Source: a virus (lineage: Duplodnaviria; Caudoviricetes). From it: DNA of 37,301 nt. Where the stretch lies: IMG/VR virus record IMGVR_UViG_3300043449_001054, positions 1 to 37,301 of that record. One strand, given 5' to 3'. The position numbers were made by a program, and so were the translations under genes. A model generated the notes under the pieces. The model made no database searches and had not been told where the DNA came from. It saw nothing but the letters and a program-made list of their open reading frames with translations. This document shows, in pieces, positions 36,043 to 37,301 of the stretch. Every line of letters starts with the position of its first letter. The stretch's first letter is position 1.

Positions 36043-36127
36043 TTGCCTTGCCTTGCTTTGCCGCGCCGCGCCGGGCCTTGCCGAGCCATGCCGCGCCGTG
36101 CCCTTCACCGCCCGGCCACTCCATGCC
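36043..36127 (-). repeat. GGC-NN pentamer array D (17 units), putative guide-like ncRNA
   Basis: Minus-strand NN: AT GT CG GG AG AC GC AT TC AA CC GC GC AA AA AA AA. Confidence 0.9.
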
Positions 36128-36136
36128 GTTCAATTT

Positions 36137-36178
36137 GGTGTTTCCACCCGATAGCAGACTCGTCGAACCCACTACCGG
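36137..36178 (-). ncRNA. Linker hairpins between arrays C and D
   Basis: CCGGUAGUGGGUUC-GAC-GAGUCUGCUAUCGG: 14/14 pairs using 5 G-U pairs on the minus strand, then GGUG-GAAA-CACC. Confidence 0.75.
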
Positions 36179-36194
36179 CTGAATCAACAGCTCC

Positions 36195-36259
36195 TTGCCT
36201 TGCATCGCCCAGCCTGGCCCAGCCGCGCCCCGCCCCGCCATGCCTCGTCTTGCCGGGCC
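36195..36259 (-). repeat. GGC-NN pentamer array C (13 units)
   Basis: Minus-strand NN: CC AA GA AT GG GG GC TG CA TG GA AA AA. Begins 9 nt after the RAMP-like gene stop. Confidence 0.9.
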
Positions 36260-36268
36260 GTTAAAAAA

Positions 36269-36883
36269 CTACTTCCATTCAGAAACTACAAACTTGCCAA
36301 ACACTCCGCGAAACGTACCCAAACCAATCGCCAAGCCACCTTCTTCAATAAGGTTTTTGATTTCGGCTTCTTTGATTTCTTGGTTTGGGTAAATCGTGAG
36401 GTTGAATTTCAACGCCCAAGGCAGTGGCAATACCGGGCGCTCTTTTGGATTTGGGATGCCTTTCTCTAGCCTGGCAACTGATCGATGTAGATAAATGCCG
36501 CTTTTAGCATCGACAGAATCACCAAATGTTCCGACTTCAATTGGTTTTTCGTCGCGTATAAATTCAATATCTTGTGTCCCGTCAGTCGCCGTGATCGACA
36601 CGAAACTCAAGCAAGCGTTGCAAATGTCTTTGTAAGCGCGTTTGTCTCTCAGTCGTTTGGGCGCTGAGTTCGTGTTGTGTGCGCTCAAGAAAGACGACAG
36701 GTTTACAGTCGGTAAAACCAATCGGTTTGAGTTGGGTTTGAGATATATTTTGTCTTGCCATGATAGTTTTGTTTTGTTGTCGCCAGCGTAACGGTCAAAC
36801 ATGATTGGTTGCAGTCCTGTCAGCGTTACTTGTCTGGTAACGACTTCCAGTCTGGTGTCTGATGCTGTATTTGTTTTTGCCAT
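36269..36883 (-). CDS. Stand-alone Cas7/RAMP-like protein (204 aa), putative RNA-guided effector
   Basis: VTLTGLQPIMF first strand, LVLPTVNLSSFL (cf. RAMP IPGSSLKG), RP...W.LKFNLTI, C-terminal Gly-rich loop GGLAIGLGTFRGVFGKFVV. ATG 36883. Confidence 0.7.
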   Translation of the reverse strand: MAKTNTASDTRLEVVTRQVTLTGLQPIMFDRYAGDNKTKLSWQDKIYLKPNSNRLVLPTVNLSSFLSAHNTNSAPKRLRDKRAYKDICNACLSFVSITATDGTQDIEFIRDEKPIEVGTFGDSVDAKSGIYLHRSVARLEKGIPNPKERPVLPLPWALKFNLTIYPNQEIKEAEIKNLIEEGGLAIGLGTFRGVFGKFVVSEWK

Positions 36884-36905
36884 TGTCTTTACTCGTAAAA
36901 AATGA

Positions 36906-36975
36906 TTGCCTTGCCAAGCCCTGCCTTTCCGCGCCATGCCTTGCCGTTCCCCGCCATTCCCGGCCAAGCCACGCC
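36906..36975 (-). repeat. GGC-NN pentamer array B (14 units)
   Basis: Minus-strand NN: GT TT CG AT GG AC AA AT GC AA AG TT AA AA. Confidence 0.9.
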
Positions 36976-36980
36976 CCTGT

Positions 36981-37026
36981 GGTAACTAAAGTCACCTAGT
37001 TAGCCACTCAATGAATGGTTAGCTGG
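36981..37026 (-). ncRNA. Linker hairpins between arrays A and B
   Basis: CCAGCUAACCAUUC-AUU-GAGUGGCUAACUAG (imperfect 14-bp stem), then GGUGAC-UUUA-GUUACC. Same layout as the C-D linker. Confidence 0.65.
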
Positions 37027-37038
37027 CTTATTCAGCCC

Positions 37039-37083
37039 TTGCCTTGTCTCGCCTTGCCATGCCTCGCCGCTCCCTGCTTGGCC
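37039..37083 (-). repeat. GGC-NN pentamer array A (9 units)
   Basis: Minus-strand NN: CA AG GC GA AT AA GA AA AA. Confidence 0.88.
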
Positions 37084-37100
37084 CCTAAAATTCACATAAG

Positions 37101-37232
37101 TTGATCACCCAAGCACTTGACTTGAGGTTCCGAACAAGCCTTGTTTTTGTCCTGCGGTATAAGCGTCCGCAATCCAGTTACACTGCTAGAGTCTTGTTAA
37201 CGCAGCTCTAGGACTGCGGCTTGGGCGATCAA
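37101..37232 (-). ncRNA. Structured leader RNA with long closing stem and pseudoknot
   Basis: UUGAUCGCCCAAGC/GCUUGGGUGAUCAA 14-bp stem (one G-U on the minus strand) enclosing hairpins. Confidence 0.5.
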
Positions 37233-37301
37233 GTAAGCCTCTTGGCTTAATTCATCACCCAAAAAAAACACCGCGTCCCTGCGGCAAGTTGGTCTGAGAG
37301 C

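Noticed and set aside
35988-36995. ORF-track proteins running through the pentamer arrays (36043-36264, 36195-36392, 36200-36469, 35988-36182, 36795-36995, and N-terminal extensions of 35879-36241 and 36269-36967)
   Set aside because: Low-complexity G/R/A/P translations arise because the GC-rich repeats lack stop codons. Better starts lie at 36016 and 36883.
36043-37083. Canonical CRISPR array or simple microsatellite
   Set aside because: There are no 23-50-nt repeats with unique spacers. The unit is 5 nt with constant and variable positions and is not homogenised as slippage repeats would be.
36906-37083. Self-targets for arrays A and B
   Set aside because: Only 8-9-nt contiguous matches were noticed (e.g. 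CGATGGACA near 177 and 24706), which are expected by chance in 37 kb. An exhaustive gapped search could not be done by eye.
1-37301. Complete circular genome or terminal repeats
   Set aside because: The two ends share no sequence, the first CDS is truncated, and no cI-like repressor is present, so part of the genome is missing.

Overview
The window is most of the genome of a temperate, podovirus-type tailed phage. No terminal redundancy is visible, and the cI/cro immunity switch lies outside the window. The + strand (1-30099) carries replication genes (DUF3102 protein, SF2 helicase, Zn-finger/Toprim primase), nin-like genes, a ~740-nt block of structured non-coding sequence, dCTP deaminase and an ADP-ribosyltransferase-like gene. 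It continues with terminase, holin-like genes, portal, scaffold, capsid, adaptor, tail fibre, nozzle, an accessory LamG cassette, ejection proteins and an M15 endolysin. An apparently intact attP with six integrase arm-type repeats (30104-30290) separates this from the - strand early operon (int, xis, many small genes, a deviant ThyX, Gp157, ERF recombinase, SleB-like hydrolase). The most striking element is at 36043-37083: a lone 204-aa Cas7/RAMP-like gene flanked on each side by two non-coding arrays of strictly 5-nt-periodic GGC-NN units joined by a conserved hairpin linker, which looks like a phage-encoded RNA-guided system. Other notable signals are a TGTCGGGAGACA hairpin repeated before four late genes (and spelled by the variable dinucleotides of one array), tandem NrdR-like boxes over the late promoter, and a GLL motif shared by the ART-like protein and the ejection proteins. 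All family assignments come from motif recognition by eye, not from database searches.
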